A DNA stretch of 61,873 nt, the filler included, from Nemertoderma westbladi (lineage: Eukaryota > Animalia > Xenacoelomorpha), in assembly GCA_032718475.1 (NCBI GenBank). It is 3 parts of 3 records of this genome, joined end to end, with 100 filler letters (N's around TTAATTAATTAA, not from the genome) between each part and the next. Parts side by side here need not be neighbours in the genome. Positions count along the whole stretch, not along the records: positions 24,076 to 52,689 come from JAUCBJ010001996.1; positions 52,790 to 61,873 come from JAUCBJ010004051.1; 1 more part is not named here. One strand, written 5' to 3'. This document shows positions 49,301-60,618 of this stretch, one piece after another (the first letter of the stretch is position 1; each line of letters opens with the position of its first letter). The notes under the pieces are model-generated. The model saw nothing but the letters and a program-made list of their open reading frames with translations. It was not told the DNA's origin and did not search any database. Both the position numbers and the translations under genes were made by a program.

Positions 49301-49806
49301 CAATATAGCAGTATAGGCTAGGCCTACTCTAGCTAGGTTACAAACATACAACAATAAACTTTACTTAATTAATAATCAACAAAACAATAGGGATCTCTAG
49401 CATACAGTGTAGATTACTGTACAATTAGAAATTTGCTAGGCTTACAGGCTTATATTGTTATATGATTTACACTACAGCAGTTGTGCTGGAATTCATTTAC
49501 ACTGCACAGGCTGACAGTCTCGATTAACCACTTTAAATTTCCCGCCCTTAAGTAGGCCTACTCTTCATAACCACTGTACTGTATGATATGAAGTTGCGTA
49601 AATGTACAGTACAAATTCATGTAAAAAATGTTAAAATTTGGCCAAAATTTCCAAAAAACGTGTCCGGTTAAACCTGTCTTAACTTAAAAACTATAAAAGC
49701 TAATAAAAAACGGGTTTCGTATTTGGAATCAGCATAAAATTTTGAACAAAAATATGAAAAAAAAATTTTTTTGAAGAAAAAAAAATTTCAGGTGTGATGT
49801 CCCCCC
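46387..49806 (-). mobile_element. Complete Kolobok DNA transposon (3420 bp)
   Basis: Perfect 17-bp TIR GGGGGGACATCACACCT; TTAA TSD (46383-46386, 49807-49810); intact transposase. Confidence 0.9.
47496..49277 (-). CDS. Kolobok (Mutator-like domain) DDE transposase, intact 593 aa
   Basis: VTFDATWQKRGHTS, VSKSCYTC, NFTGTSAAME, LSDGDSS, KLECINHVAKR, HKFCPETWC, TQNQNESIHS. Confidence 0.9.
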   Translation of the reverse strand: MPRRSRQARSKEFKGTRYADICKKGDSSTDNGKDTVISTSSGGQSKVDSGLCSSGNVSKKKKHRSFTTDRLGMTGENTSAPTSKLYDGNRIIEYEAFRNCIVAVHSHNCQGNLLIEPVLTRGFYFSLHLRCHHCKLAYNFENATANNSNDSARIINLRSVLTFLIMGGTRNYATIFSEVMECLKPVHDSRWRVLVRTVADATKRLSIGNSNNEGRKLWLLMAADDEFSTPATIYNVAVTFDATWQKRGHTSLYCVAYVMSTLSGAVLDTFVVSKSCYTCRQFGSSKKVPQHNCSVNFTGTSAAMETFAAQQMWGRSIQYHKLRYKELLSDGDSSVFATLRDNAPYGDDYPVEKLECINHVAKRVTHGLENVRQAKKLGGVGGLTQKNIYKLSSFYRNTIVSHVANVNYKELSDSALTNLIKTITTDIKAAIHHYTNYKDPRKQHKFCPETWCKFKKKDPSYKNKHFIKPEWHQFIMPVYDRLTDPELIKRCLPGLTQNQNESIHSRLWGRIGKDKFQGLSTLSFHAYYTALIHNRGASTTMIIANAINLNPGLALLRSCRQRDRKRVAKSLTIKPSKKAKVAKDTSTYQGGAF

Positions 49807-49957
49807 TTAAAGCATGGAAACGGCCACCATATTCAATTAAGTTTATGATGTTCCCATTTGGGAACAGTGGGCATTAACACACTAGCTTTTTTAGGTAATT
49901 TAGGTGTACAGCACGTTTATTGTATTATAATACCTTGTATTATTTGAAACTAGGTGC

Positions 49958-50287
49958 ATATGGCCTAGCTGCACAACAGGCTATTGCTGCATTCATGTAT
50001 TGTCATTATGTCACAGGTTAGGCCATACAGGCAGAGTACAGTACAGCTGTACTGTAGCTGATGTACCATTGTCACTGGTATATTTCTGTATTTAGGAATT
50101 CAGTGCTCATGTCCATTGATTGATATGGCCTAGCTGCACAACAGGCTATTGCTTCATTGATGTATTGTCATTATGTCACAGGTTAGGTCATTCAGGCAGA
50201 GTACAGTACAGCTGTACTGTAGCTGATGTACCATTGTCACTGGTATATTTCTGTATTTAGGAATTCAGTGCTCATGTCCATTGATTG
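49958..50287 (+). repeat. 165-bp tandem duplication in the piggyBac 5' non-coding region
   Basis: ATATGGCCTAGCTGCACAACAGGC... at 49958 and 50123. Confidence 0.85.
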
Positions 50288-50501
50288 CTGGCTATTACAG
50301 TATTACTGTAGACTAATACAGTATACTGTACTGTAAACTCAGGCATTAGTGCACATTACGGCATTGTATCATTGGACTTATAGATTTTGGTTTTCAGCAT
50401 TTCAGATCCAAACATTCAGCATAGTATTACCATATTACACTCTACACAATACAGTATTAGTTTAGCATCTTTTTTGAGTTTACATCAATAATTATCACAT
50501 T

Positions 50502-52406
50502 ATGGCAGTGGCAGACCCAGTATCATTCTATGGAAAACGTGGAATAACAAGAACTGCACGATTTAAAACTCTAGGAGATGCTGCTGATTCAATAGCATCA
50601 CACCATGGGACTTTGTCTACAACTGTGACCATACTGCCTCCTGATACAGGTGACGACCGCAATGCTGACAGTGATGAGGAGCAGGATGACGACATAGACC
50701 CAACATTCCTACCTGAGCCTGCTGGTGAAATAGAAGTGGAAGAGGAATATGAGAATGATGACAACTATGACGAGACATCCAATGATGCTGATGAGGTTGA
50801 AGAATCTGTGCATGAAAAGCATAAATGGCGGAAAAACTTAAATATAGCGCACCCTCCACAACCAGAACTTCAAAGTTTAGAAAAACCGGACTGTGTTGAT
50901 CCATCAATAGCAGGAGCTTCTCCGTTCAAACTATTCTCCAAATACATGGACAACGAAATGATTGATATGTTTGTGACTCAGACTGATTTATATGCGAATA
51001 GAGATAAAAACTGCCCTTCATTCAAGACTAACGACATTGAAATTCGTAAGTTTCTTGGGATTATTTTATTGTCTGGCTATCACCAAGTACCATCTCAGCG
51101 TGATATGTGGTCAGATGACAATGATCTTGGTATTCCAATTGTAAAAGAAACGATGCCGCGAAATCGATTTGAATTAATCAAGCGTTACTTTCACCTGGCT
51201 GACAATCTTAACTTAGAACAAGGCAACAAAATTGCGAAGGTTCAGCCCTTATACGATATGATGAATGCTCGACTTGTTCAGTTTGGGATATTTGATAGTG
51301 AACTATCAATAGTTGAAGCCATGATACCTTACTATGGCCTTCATTCAGCTAGGCAGTTTATGGCTAATAAACCCGTTCGTTTTGGGTACAAGGGGTGGTG
51401 CGTTGCAGGCAGTAATGGATATCCATATCAACTAAAGATTTACACTGGAAAGGAGAAAGATGGTGCTGATACCCAATCTACTAATAAAGAGAAGGCACCA
51501 CCAGCAAAGCAGGCAAAAGTGGATCGCTATGAACGAGCACGAGAGAAAGATCCAAAAACTACCCTTGGTGGGAAGGTCGTTCTCCACATGGCTGATGTTA
51601 TTGAAAGTGTGTCATTATTGTCTAAACACCATTTTTACATTGACAATTTCTTTACTAGTTATGCTTTGCTACGAGTGATGAAGGAACGAGGTGCAGCAAC
51701 AACTGGTACAATACGACAAGACAGAACAGGTGGTGCAAATATCAGCCTGATGAGCACGAAGGATATGAAAAAATCGCCTCGAGGAACATTTGACTATATA
51801 TGTGATGGCATTGTTCATATCACAAAGTGGCATGACAATAACATCGTTCACATGGCAAGCAATGCTATTGGACATGAACCAGTTGGAAATGTAAAGAGGA
51901 GAGTCAAAGGTGGTAGTGTTCAAGTGAAGGTTCCTGGAGATGTTGTGAAGTATAACCAGGGTATGGGTGGTGTAGATTTGTTAGATAGGTTAGTTTCTTC
52001 ATATCGTCCCCGCATAAAAGCCAAGAAGTGGTGGTTTCCACTTTTCATTGAATCTCTAGGGGTTTGCATGACTGCTGCTTGGAGAGTTCATTGTCGCATA
52101 TTTCCGAAAGGAGAGCAGCTATCACACATCTTATTTGTCCGTGAGGTTACTCAATGCTTTTTAGCTGGCACTGTTGGAGCCACTGCTCAAATAAGGGAAC
52201 CAAGGCGTATGAGTGGTAAACCGCGTCATGTACCTGATGATATCCGATGTGACGAAATGGAGCACTTTAGGGAAGAAGTTACACAAGGAAGATGTGCTGT
52301 ATGTCAAAAAAATACGCGAATTCAATGTAGAAAATGTAAGAAGAGACTGCACAGTGATCATGGAAAAGTTTGTTGGATAATTTACCATTCAAAGAACACA
52401 CACTGA
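50502..52406 (+). CDS. piggyBac transposase (PGBD2/3-like), 634 aa, first catalytic Asp replaced by Val
   Basis: MPRNRFELIKRYFH, SIVEAMIPYYG (canonical SIDE.M), KPVRFGYK, IDNFFTS, WHDNNIV, YNQGMGGVDLLD, C-terminal Cys-rich domain. Confidence 0.93.
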   Translation: MAVADPVSFYGKRGITRTARFKTLGDAADSIASHHGTLSTTVTILPPDTGDDRNADSDEEQDDDIDPTFLPEPAGEIEVEEEYENDDNYDETSNDADEVEESVHEKHKWRKNLNIAHPPQPELQSLEKPDCVDPSIAGASPFKLFSKYMDNEMIDMFVTQTDLYANRDKNCPSFKTNDIEIRKFLGIILLSGYHQVPSQRDMWSDDNDLGIPIVKETMPRNRFELIKRYFHLADNLNLEQGNKIAKVQPLYDMMNARLVQFGIFDSELSIVEAMIPYYGLHSARQFMANKPVRFGYKGWCVAGSNGYPYQLKIYTGKEKDGADTQSTNKEKAPPAKQAKVDRYERAREKDPKTTLGGKVVLHMADVIESVSLLSKHHFYIDNFFTSYALLRVMKERGAATTGTIRQDRTGGANISLMSTKDMKKSPRGTFDYICDGIVHITKWHDNNIVHMASNAIGHEPVGNVKRRVKGGSVQVKVPGDVVKYNQGMGGVDLLDRLVSSYRPRIKAKKWWFPLFIESLGVCMTAAWRVHCRIFPKGEQLSHILFVREVTQCFLAGTVGATAQIREPRRMSGKPRHVPDDIRCDEMEHFREEVTQGRCAVCQKNTRIQCRKCKKRLHSDHGKVCWIIYHSKNTH

Positions 52407-52689
52407 ACTCTATATGAAAGCTAAATCGTTTTTCAGCTCATGGTAAACTCAGAGAGTAAATTTATAATTATTTTCTATTAATTAATTAGTAGTAATATTA
52501 ATTAATAAATATGTCTCTATATAATACTGAAATATATAGATGGAATTGTATGGAAAAGTTTTTTCTTTTGTTTTATTTAAATTTATTAATTAATAATTTA
52601 CATTACTACTTGTCTTCTTAGTTGTAATATAATATTTGTTAATTAATAATAATATTACTAATAAATATAATAAATATTGTTGTAAGGGC

Positions 52690-52789
52690 NNNNNNNNNNN
52701 NNNNNNNNNNNNNNNNNNNNNNNNNNNNNNNNNTTAATTAATTAANNNNNNNNNNNNNNNNNNNNNNNNNNNNNNNNNNNNNNNNNNNN
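52690..52789. other. Artificial contig spacer
   Basis: N44-TTAATTAATTAA-N44. Confidence 0.97.
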
Positions 52790-55520
52790 AATGGTTCTGT
52801 GTCACCGTCAACAGTAGACACAAATGTTGTCGAACCATCGCATACTGATCTGATTGCTGCAATAATTTCATCAGAAATCCCATATAATGAAAGTATGCTG
52901 AACATACGTGAGCGAGAGACTGAATCAAAGGCCAGAGAGCAAGTCAAACAGCCAGATGCCTGTTTTTATTTTTTTGATAATTCTTCAATTATCCTTCTAA
53001 GTGCCAAAATGGGCTCCATGGTCCCACGACATTTACGGAACCCATTCTGATTTCCACGGAGCAGTCTCTCAATGGGATCCCTGATGCGATTTAATAGAAT
53101 CCTATTGTATAGCTTTGCAGCAATCGATATCAATGAGATTCCCCAAAAAGAACCATAGAGTGTTAGGTTGCCCTTCTTCGGAACTGGCACCAACTTATTT
53201 GTTTTCATTTCTTGTGGGACTCTTGTTGTTCGATACATGTCTACTATGATGGGATAGATGAGCTTTAAACACTCAGGTATTTTAAAGACCTCAGGGGGAA
53301 AACCATCTACTCCACTGGCACGATTGGTCTTAATGCTCTTTGCAGCAGCCTTCACTTCTGCAAAGGAGATATCGCCAATGGGAATATCTGGGAGTACAGA
53401 CTCAGACACTTATACTTCTATAAAGTTATCTGGCAATACCCTGTCATTATTTAGGAGCTTTTCAAAGTGGGCTTTCCAACCATTGAGGCGATCGGCTGGT
53501 GATTCAACCTTAACCTTGGGCTTAACCGCCCAGTAAGCAGATTGATCGATTTCCATGCCTGGGATGATGGCCTGCTGTCGTCAGCATCATTGATGGCATC
53601 AACCTGTTGGTTAATTAGCTCCTGTAGATTAACAGAGTACTGCCTGTTCAGGGACCTAGATGCAGCCTTAACTGCATTCTTTGCCGCTAAAGTCTGTTTG
53701 AGTCGGGACTCTTTCTGCGCCTTATGAAGGTCGTTTCGGCACTTTTTAATTTTGTTGTCAGTCCAGGGGGCCCTTTTCCTGTTTCGAGGGTATACAGGAA
53801 CTGTTTCTGCAGCTGCTAACTTAACTGCTTCTGTAAAGGCAGTAGAGCCCTCACAGTGATCTGCCGCCTCAGTGGCATGAGCCTCATACCTGTTACTCAG
53901 CTGTAGTGTGAAGCTGGATCTCACACTTGGCTGTTGCAACAGAGAAGACCAGTTATGCCGTGGCAAGGCAGATTTCGTTGTTCTGCTAGCACGCAGACTG
54001 AGTCTTACCTTGGCCACAATAAGGCGGTGGTCACTGGAGAAGGGTCGAAGTGTAAATGCATTACAGTCTTGTATAGAGCTCCTGTATTTCCTACGAAACA
54101 GAATATGGTCTATCTGGGACTTGTGACCACTGGGTCCACTATTAGTCCATAGCTTTCCAGTTCGCTTCTTGAACTGGGTTCCAGCCAAAAACAATCCATT
54201 TCCAGAGATAAAATCCTGAAGATGGACAGAATTTCGGTTAACACTATTGCTATAGACCCAGGGCAATGTAGGTGATTGATGCAGACTTGCATTAAAGTCC
54301 CCCAGGAATGTTAAGAATGCATGCTGATCCACTCCATCAGTAGCTGCTTGTAGATTGTGGTAGAAATTTTCCACCTCCTCTACAGGGGCAACACTAGTTG
54401 GAGAGTAGCACACAATCAGAACCACCTTAGGAAACTTCTTAGCCAGTCTTCCAGAACATGAGAAGTGGCAACGGATGATGCGGTTAGAGATTTGGTCTAT
54501 TTTGTCCAATGCTGCGTAGTGCAGTTGGATTCATCAATAGACCAATTCCACCATTGCCACTATCATCTGCTGACGCGAGGGCGAGTCGCCAACCGCCCCC
54601 CATGTCCTTAATCACAACCTCATCAGTCTGTCCAGTCTGCATTCGGTGCTCTTGAACACCCACTGCGCTAAGAGAAAGCTTATCTGCCAAGGCAGTCAGC
54701 TCACCTTGTCGCATTGGGGACCCGAGTGTTAGGGTGTTTACTGAGGCTAGTCTAGTGACTTGCCTCAGATTCACCAATGGCTTTGTTGGTCGGGGTGAAA
54801 CATGAGAGTAGCCTCCAAACTCCAGAATCCCTCTCCCCATCACAATCTGGCCTCCCTGGGGACCCAGGGTTTGGGCCAGAAAGGTCATCAGGAAAGGGAC
54901 TCAAAGAATTGTTGGCTGCTCTCTCTCCAGTAGGGGGTGAGACAGGCAGCCGGTCAGGAGTTAACTGACGCCTGTGAGGCCGATTGTGTCCGGTAATTCC
55001 ACTGGCCTCTAGTGGCCGGACCTCCGCATTGCTAATGTAATTCATAGTGGGGGTTGGGGGGTGCTTTTTTGCCGAGTCAGCTCTCGGGGCAAATACCACA
55101 CCCTGGTTTGCCATTCCACAGGGTGGGTGTCGCAATGGAGTCAGATATGAGGCCCATCACCCATATCTACTCTGGCGCACATGACCCACCATTGGCTGTT
55201 GCAGCTCATCTGCTGGGTCATGCCCTGTACCCTTGCTGCCAGGTGCAGGTCGCAGTGAAGTGCTCTCAGAGTGGACATGAGAACACTCTACTCCTGACCA
55301 GCCATTGGTAGATCACCATCTGCCTGGTCAGGCCATATACCCCTGCAGCCAAGTATATGGGTCCTTAATCCAGGACCAAGGGCGTCCTTATCCCAGAACG
55401 AAGGGGGTCCTAGTTACAGGACCAGATTTGCCCTAGTAAGAGGGTCTATGCAGCTCCTTTATGCTGCATGGAGGTGGCAAGTTTTCTTGATCAATGACCT
55501 AGAATACCTGACCTGACATA
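52790..55520 (-). mobile_element. RTE-type LINE: 5' UTR, AP endonuclease and N-terminal RT, frameshifted, cut by the contig end
   Basis: VGVQEHR, VCYSPT, LGDFNA, SQIDHILF, SSDHRLI; RASGVDG, PVPKKGNL, GISLISIAAKLYNRILLNRI, QNGFRK, AFDSV. Confidence 0.92.
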
Positions 55521-55589
55521 ATACAGTGTCAGTTTACTAAAGTTTCTTCAACTTCGAGGCTCACCCCCCCCCCCCCCCCCCCCCCCAAA

Positions 55590-55827
55590 GCGTACTACTG
55601 TATATACAAGGCTATGCCATCGAGTTAACTGGAGGCAGTGACTGGGGGCAAGATTTTCGAAATCTGTATAACAGAGATTTCCTTCTTTATTACAATTTAT
55701 GAATAAAATACGTTTTGGTATGACTGTATTAGTAATTATTTCAAGAAATGTGTCCTGTTAGTTTTCAATTATGAACTCAGTCACTGCCTCCAGTTAACTC
55801 GATGGCATGGCCTTGTATATAGTACGC
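55590..55827. mobile_element. MITE with ~45-bp TIRs
   Basis: TATATACAAGGCTATGCCATCGAGTTAACTGGAGGCAGTGACTG is inverted at ~55778-55821. Confidence 0.8.
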
Positions 55828-57229
55828 CTTACTCACCCCACATTCATCTTATATTTACTTCCTCTCTTCCTGGGTATAACTTTTCGCCGGATCCGTATCC
55901 GTATCCGTATGCGGTATGCATTTGCCATATCCGTATCCGTATCCGTATGCATTTGCCATATCCGTATCCGCATCCGTATGCATTTGCCATATCAGTATGC
56001 ACATACCCGTATGTGCGTATGTAATGGATTCCTATGGAGAATAATCCGCATGTGATTTTAAAGATTAGGCATTGCGGACCAGTAAGAAGTGCACAGCACA
56101 CATGCAGATTGAAGACAGGTAGGCCTACTTAAAGCTAAGTGATTTGAAGAGTGTGGCTGCCGCTACCTTATGTCAAATAAACATTGAAGGTCCAGGATGA
56201 CTGACAGATGATTTCCTACAGCCCCGGGATGCGCCACAGCGCTTGTTTTATTGTACTAACTGATACTGGCCGCCCGGTTGGACTTAGATTACTTACTGGC
56301 ACCCGGTTGCACTCGCAGACACGTGGTTTGACTAACTGGTACTAGACTAGGTTGGTTGGTCTTGTTGGCACATGGCTGCATAGGTCCTGCTATGGTTAAC
56401 TAAATAATGGCCCCGAAACAGCGAAAGTAAACGTATATTATATGTTAATAAATTCTCAAAAGGACAGACTGGCACGACGGTTTTCAATATCTGTGCGAAT
56501 GTTTTTTCCCATAGCATTCTCATTGCTGCTTCTATCAGTCTATACTATGTTAGTGCCATATACTGTAGCAACCAACAAACATTCTATAGCCAGGTTGGTA
56601 AAAAACAGTTCAAAAATAAATCACGGTTGGTTAGTTTTCCAAGCGGGGTCAAGAAGTGTTAACTGGTTAATCCCTGCAAACATTTTGACGTTAATTTAAC
56701 GTTAATTTACGTTAATATTCTACCATTCCAACGTTACTTTTTAACGTGCACGTACGTTAAATTAACGTATTATTGGCCGGGGTTACTACGTTAAAAATAT
56801 ACATAAATTTTACTCAAATCATACTAATTAACTCATGTCTGAAAATAACGTACGAACGGTGTTTATATTATTTAGCCACTCACACTGAATAAACGTAGTG
56901 CCGTTTTTATATAAATAATTGGCAGTCGAAAATGAACTTATTTAACAAATTTTGCCCGGAATAAAAAATAATTCAATGCTAAATTTACGGTATATCGGTA
57001 ATATAAATCGGCATTACGTACTGTACTATTTATTGGCTAAATAAACTTCAATAAACAAAAATATGAGAAATAAACAAAACTACAGTATAAAAAAATAATA
57101 CCAAAATTGAAAGAAATATTCAATATTGCATCGTTATAAATTCAATAATTTTGCACATCACAATAATATATAGAAGAACATGTAAACTAATTAATATTGC
57201 AGTTACGGTAGGTATATACGGTTAGTGAA

Positions 57230-58300
57230 TTCCCCTGGTACAAAAGTAAGACCCCCTGGTACAAACGTAAGGCCCCCAGGTACAAACGTAAGACCCACCC
57301 CAGGTACAAAAGTAAGACCCCTAGGTACAAACCTAAGACACCCCCCCCCCCCCAAGGTACAGAAGTAAGACCCCTGGTACAAACGTAAGACCCCCAGGTA
57401 CAAACGTAAGACCCACCCCAGGTACAAAAGTAAGACCTCCCAGGTACAAAGGTATGACCCCTCCGGGTACAAATGTAATACCCCCTTGGTACAAAAGTAT
57501 GAGCCCTCCAGGTACAAAAGTATGACCCCTCCAGGTACAAAAGTAACCCCCCCCCCCCCCCCCCCCCCCAATGTACAAAAGTAAGACCCCCTGGTAGAAA
57601 GGTAAGGCTCCCCTGGAACAAAAGTAAGACCTCCAGGTACAAAAGTAAATCCCCCTGGTACAAAAGTAAGACCCCTTGGTACAAACGTAAGGCCCCCTGG
57701 TACAAACGTAAGACCCACCCCAGGTACAAAAGTAAGACCCCCATGTACAAACGTAAGATCCCCCCCCCAAGGTACAAAATTAAGACCCCCTGGTACAAAC
57801 GTAAGACCCCCAGGTACAAACGTAAGACCCTCCCCAGGTACAAAAGTAAGACCTCCCAGGTACAAAGGTATTACCCCTCCAGGTACAAAAGTAATACCCC
57901 CTTGGTACATAAGTATGACCCCTCCAGGTACAAAAGTAAGCCCCCCCCCATGTACAAAAGTAAGACCCCCCTGGTAGAAAGGTAAGACTCCCCTGGAACA
58001 AAAGTAAGACCTCCAGGTACTAAAGTAATACCACCCCCCCCCCCCCCTTAGGTACGAAAGTAGTGTAAGACCCCCAGGTACAAAAGTAAGACCCCGCCAA
58101 GTACAAAAGTAAGACCCCCCTGGTACAAAAGTAAGACTCCCCTGAAACAAAAGTAAGACCCCCTAGTACAAAAGACTCCCCTGAAACAAAAGTAAGACCC
58201 CCTAGTACAAAAGTAAGACACCACTCCCCCCCCCCCCCCAGGTAAAAAAAGTAAGACCACCCCCCCCCCCCCCCCACAGGTACAAAAGTAAGACCACAAG
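57230..58300. repeat. Minisatellite, ~21-25-bp unit GGTACAAAAGTAAGACCCC(C)n, >40 copies
   Basis: Direct inspection; it produces the spurious GLTFVPG ORFs. Confidence 0.95.
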
Positions 58301-58419
58301 GTAGAACTTGAGTGATAGTTGCATGACACTGAATAATTACAACACTATATTCCAGGGGACCTGTTGCAATAAATATTAACGTGACTAAATTACATTACAA
58401 TGTTTTAATACAAGAATGA

Positions 58420-59005
58420 TTCTATTTAACCAATGTCAGACATTTTAAATTAACATTAAAAATCGATGTTAAATTTTAACGTTTGTTTAATATTGGGTTT
58501 AGTGATTTATGTTCATGATTAAATTTAACCAATGTCTGACGATTCAAAATAACGTTAAAAATCTATGTTAAAATTCAACGTTTATTTAACGTTTGGGTTT
58601 AGTGATTTATGTTCATGATTAAATTTAACCAACTTCAGACGTTTCAAAATAACGTTAAAAATTGAAGTTAAAATTCAACGTCTGTTTAACGTTTGGGTTT
58701 AATCATTTTTGTACATGATTAAATTTAACCAATGTCAGACGTTTCAAAATAACGTTAAAAATTGATGTTAAAATTCAACGTCTGTTTAACGTTTGGGTTT
58801 AGTCATTTTTGTACATGATTAAATTTAACCAATGTCAGACGCTTCAAAATAACGTTAAAAATTGATGTTAAAATTCAACGTCTGTTTAACGTTTGGGTTT
58901 AGTCACTTTTGTACATGATTAAATTTAACCAATATCAGACGTTTCAAAATAACGTTAAAAATCTATGTTAAAATTGAACGTCAGTTTAACGTTTGGGTTT
59001 AGTTG
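58420..59005. repeat. 100-bp tandem repeat, 6 copies
   Basis: AAATTTAACC recurs exactly every 100 bp (58521, 58621, 58721, 58821, 58921), with a diverged first copy at ~58421. Confidence 0.92.
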
Positions 59006-59436
59006 ATTTTAGACATGTAGTTTTTAAACGATTATAAGACGTTAGAAAACGTTTGTTCTAAGTTATTTTTATAACTTTATTTTTCTAACCTAAAACAGAC
59101 TAAAGTCTAACGTTAGATTAGCGTAATTAACGTAAAATGTTTGCAGGGATAGGTACACTGCACTGCTGGCGCATCCCGGGGCTGGCGGACAACGGCTGTC
59201 ACTCATCCTGGACCTGTCCTGCATTGTTTATTTGACATAAGGTAGCGGCAGCCACACTCTTTAAATCACTTAGCTTTAAGTAGGTCTACCTGTCTTCAGT
59301 CTGCATGTGTGCTGCGCGCTTCTTACTGGTCCGCAATGCCTAATCTCTAAAATCACATACGGATTATTCTCCATAGGAATCCATTACATACGCGCATATG
59401 CGTATATACAGTACACGAAGTGGGGACTTCGCGCAG

Positions 59437-59935
59437 CACGAAGTTGGCAAAGCCTTAGCGAATTGACACTGTTAGGGGGTGGGTCAATTTATGCAAATAG
59501 TTGTCGTCGTTATTTGTTTTCACTTTCAGACCTTTGGCCCTCTAGCGGCAGACTGGAGAACTGCAGATGGATTCGCCTCTTTTGAAAGTCACAGCTAATG
59601 GTCTAATACATATCTGCCAAGTTTCAGCTTAAACGGATTAAAAGCAAAGAAATGGGAGGGCATTTAATGTTTAAACATATGGCCCTCTAGCGGGAGACCA
59701 TTGCACTGATGGTGTCTGAAAGTCTCTCAAAAATCTCAACTTTTGCTCATATTGATACCTACAAATTTTCAACTTGGCAGCTTTAAATCCGACAAAGTTA
59801 TTAGCATGTCAAAATCGTAACGACGACGACAACGACGACGACGACGAAGACGACAACGACGACGACGACAACTATTTGCATAAATTGACCCACCCCCTAA
59901 CAGTGTCAATTCGCTAAGGCTCCGCCAACTTCGTG
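59437..59935. mobile_element. MITE with ~73-bp TIRs and an internal (CGA)n microsatellite
   Basis: CACGAAGTTGGC..GCCTTAGCGAATTGACACTGTTAGGGGGTGGGTCAATTTATGCAAATAGTTGTCGTCG is inverted at ~59862-59935. Confidence 0.85.
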
Positions 59936-60618
59936 GCTCGCCCCACATGCGGATACGGCAATTGCATCTGAAACGGATACCGATACGGCGAAAAGTTATA
60001 CCCCATTTTCCTTGCAGCACAGTATACAGTACTTGTTTCATTTGCGAATGTCAATGAGTCCCAAAAAACAAACTGTTATACGGTAGGCCTATCCATTGCA
60101 GTAGCAGCTCAGGGTAACCTGCTTTACTTTCAGTTTATGGTACCTGTTCGGTACAGATGTAGTTAAATTCAGACTTTCCCCCATCAATCACGTTACCACT
60201 TTAAACATACAGACTGCTGTTAAGATATAATCTCTGTTAATCTTTCGATTTGCAGTTTGAATGAAAGGATACCGGTAGCAGCTCTAGCAATCTAATTTTT
60301 TCATTAAACAATTACAAATAATAATAACAATTTAATGCTGGCTGTGTACTTCAGGCCTAAGCCGGCACAGCATTCTTAAAAATGCAGCTGCAATGCAGCA
60401 TGCCGATCCTAGTAGTAGTAGTAGGCCTAAGCGGTACCGGTGATTAATTAGGCCTAATTTTTATTATTAAACACTGGCTTTACTATAATAATGCCGTTCT
60501 CTATTATTCCAGCATTTATTTAAGTTAAAAACTGTTACCATAGCAGCTCTTATCTATAGAATAAAGCCGTTATTATTATTTTATAAATTTTATCGGTGGC
60601 TAATAGCTGAAATTCGCA

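Larger units (their letters stand above)
46057..52689 (+). mobile_element. piggyBac transposon (left end at 46057, right end lost at the contig break), interrupted by Kolobok
   Basis: TTAA|CCTTCTAACGCCCACTGTTCCCAAATGGGAACA; the inverted inner copy TGTTCCCATTTGGGAACAGTGGGC is at ~49849; transposase downstream. Confidence 0.75.
56672..59148. mobile_element. EnSpm/CMC-like non-autonomous element with a 2-bp AT TSD
   Basis: AT|CCCTGCAAACATTTT.ACGTTAATT ... AATTAACGTAAAATGTTTGCAGGG|AT; AACGTT subterminal repeats. Confidence 0.8.
55870..60005. mobile_element. Outer non-autonomous TIR element with long inverted arms, hosting two nested elements
   Basis: GGGTATAACTTTTCGCCG / CGGCGAAAAGTTATACCC termini; arms ~56010-56240 and ~59165-59400 are reverse complements; (CCGTAT)n repeats. 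Confidence 0.75.

Noticed and set aside
57187-58329. Long ORFs with GLTFVPG / VLLLY repeats
   Set aside because: They are translations of a stop-poor minisatellite, open in several frames at once.
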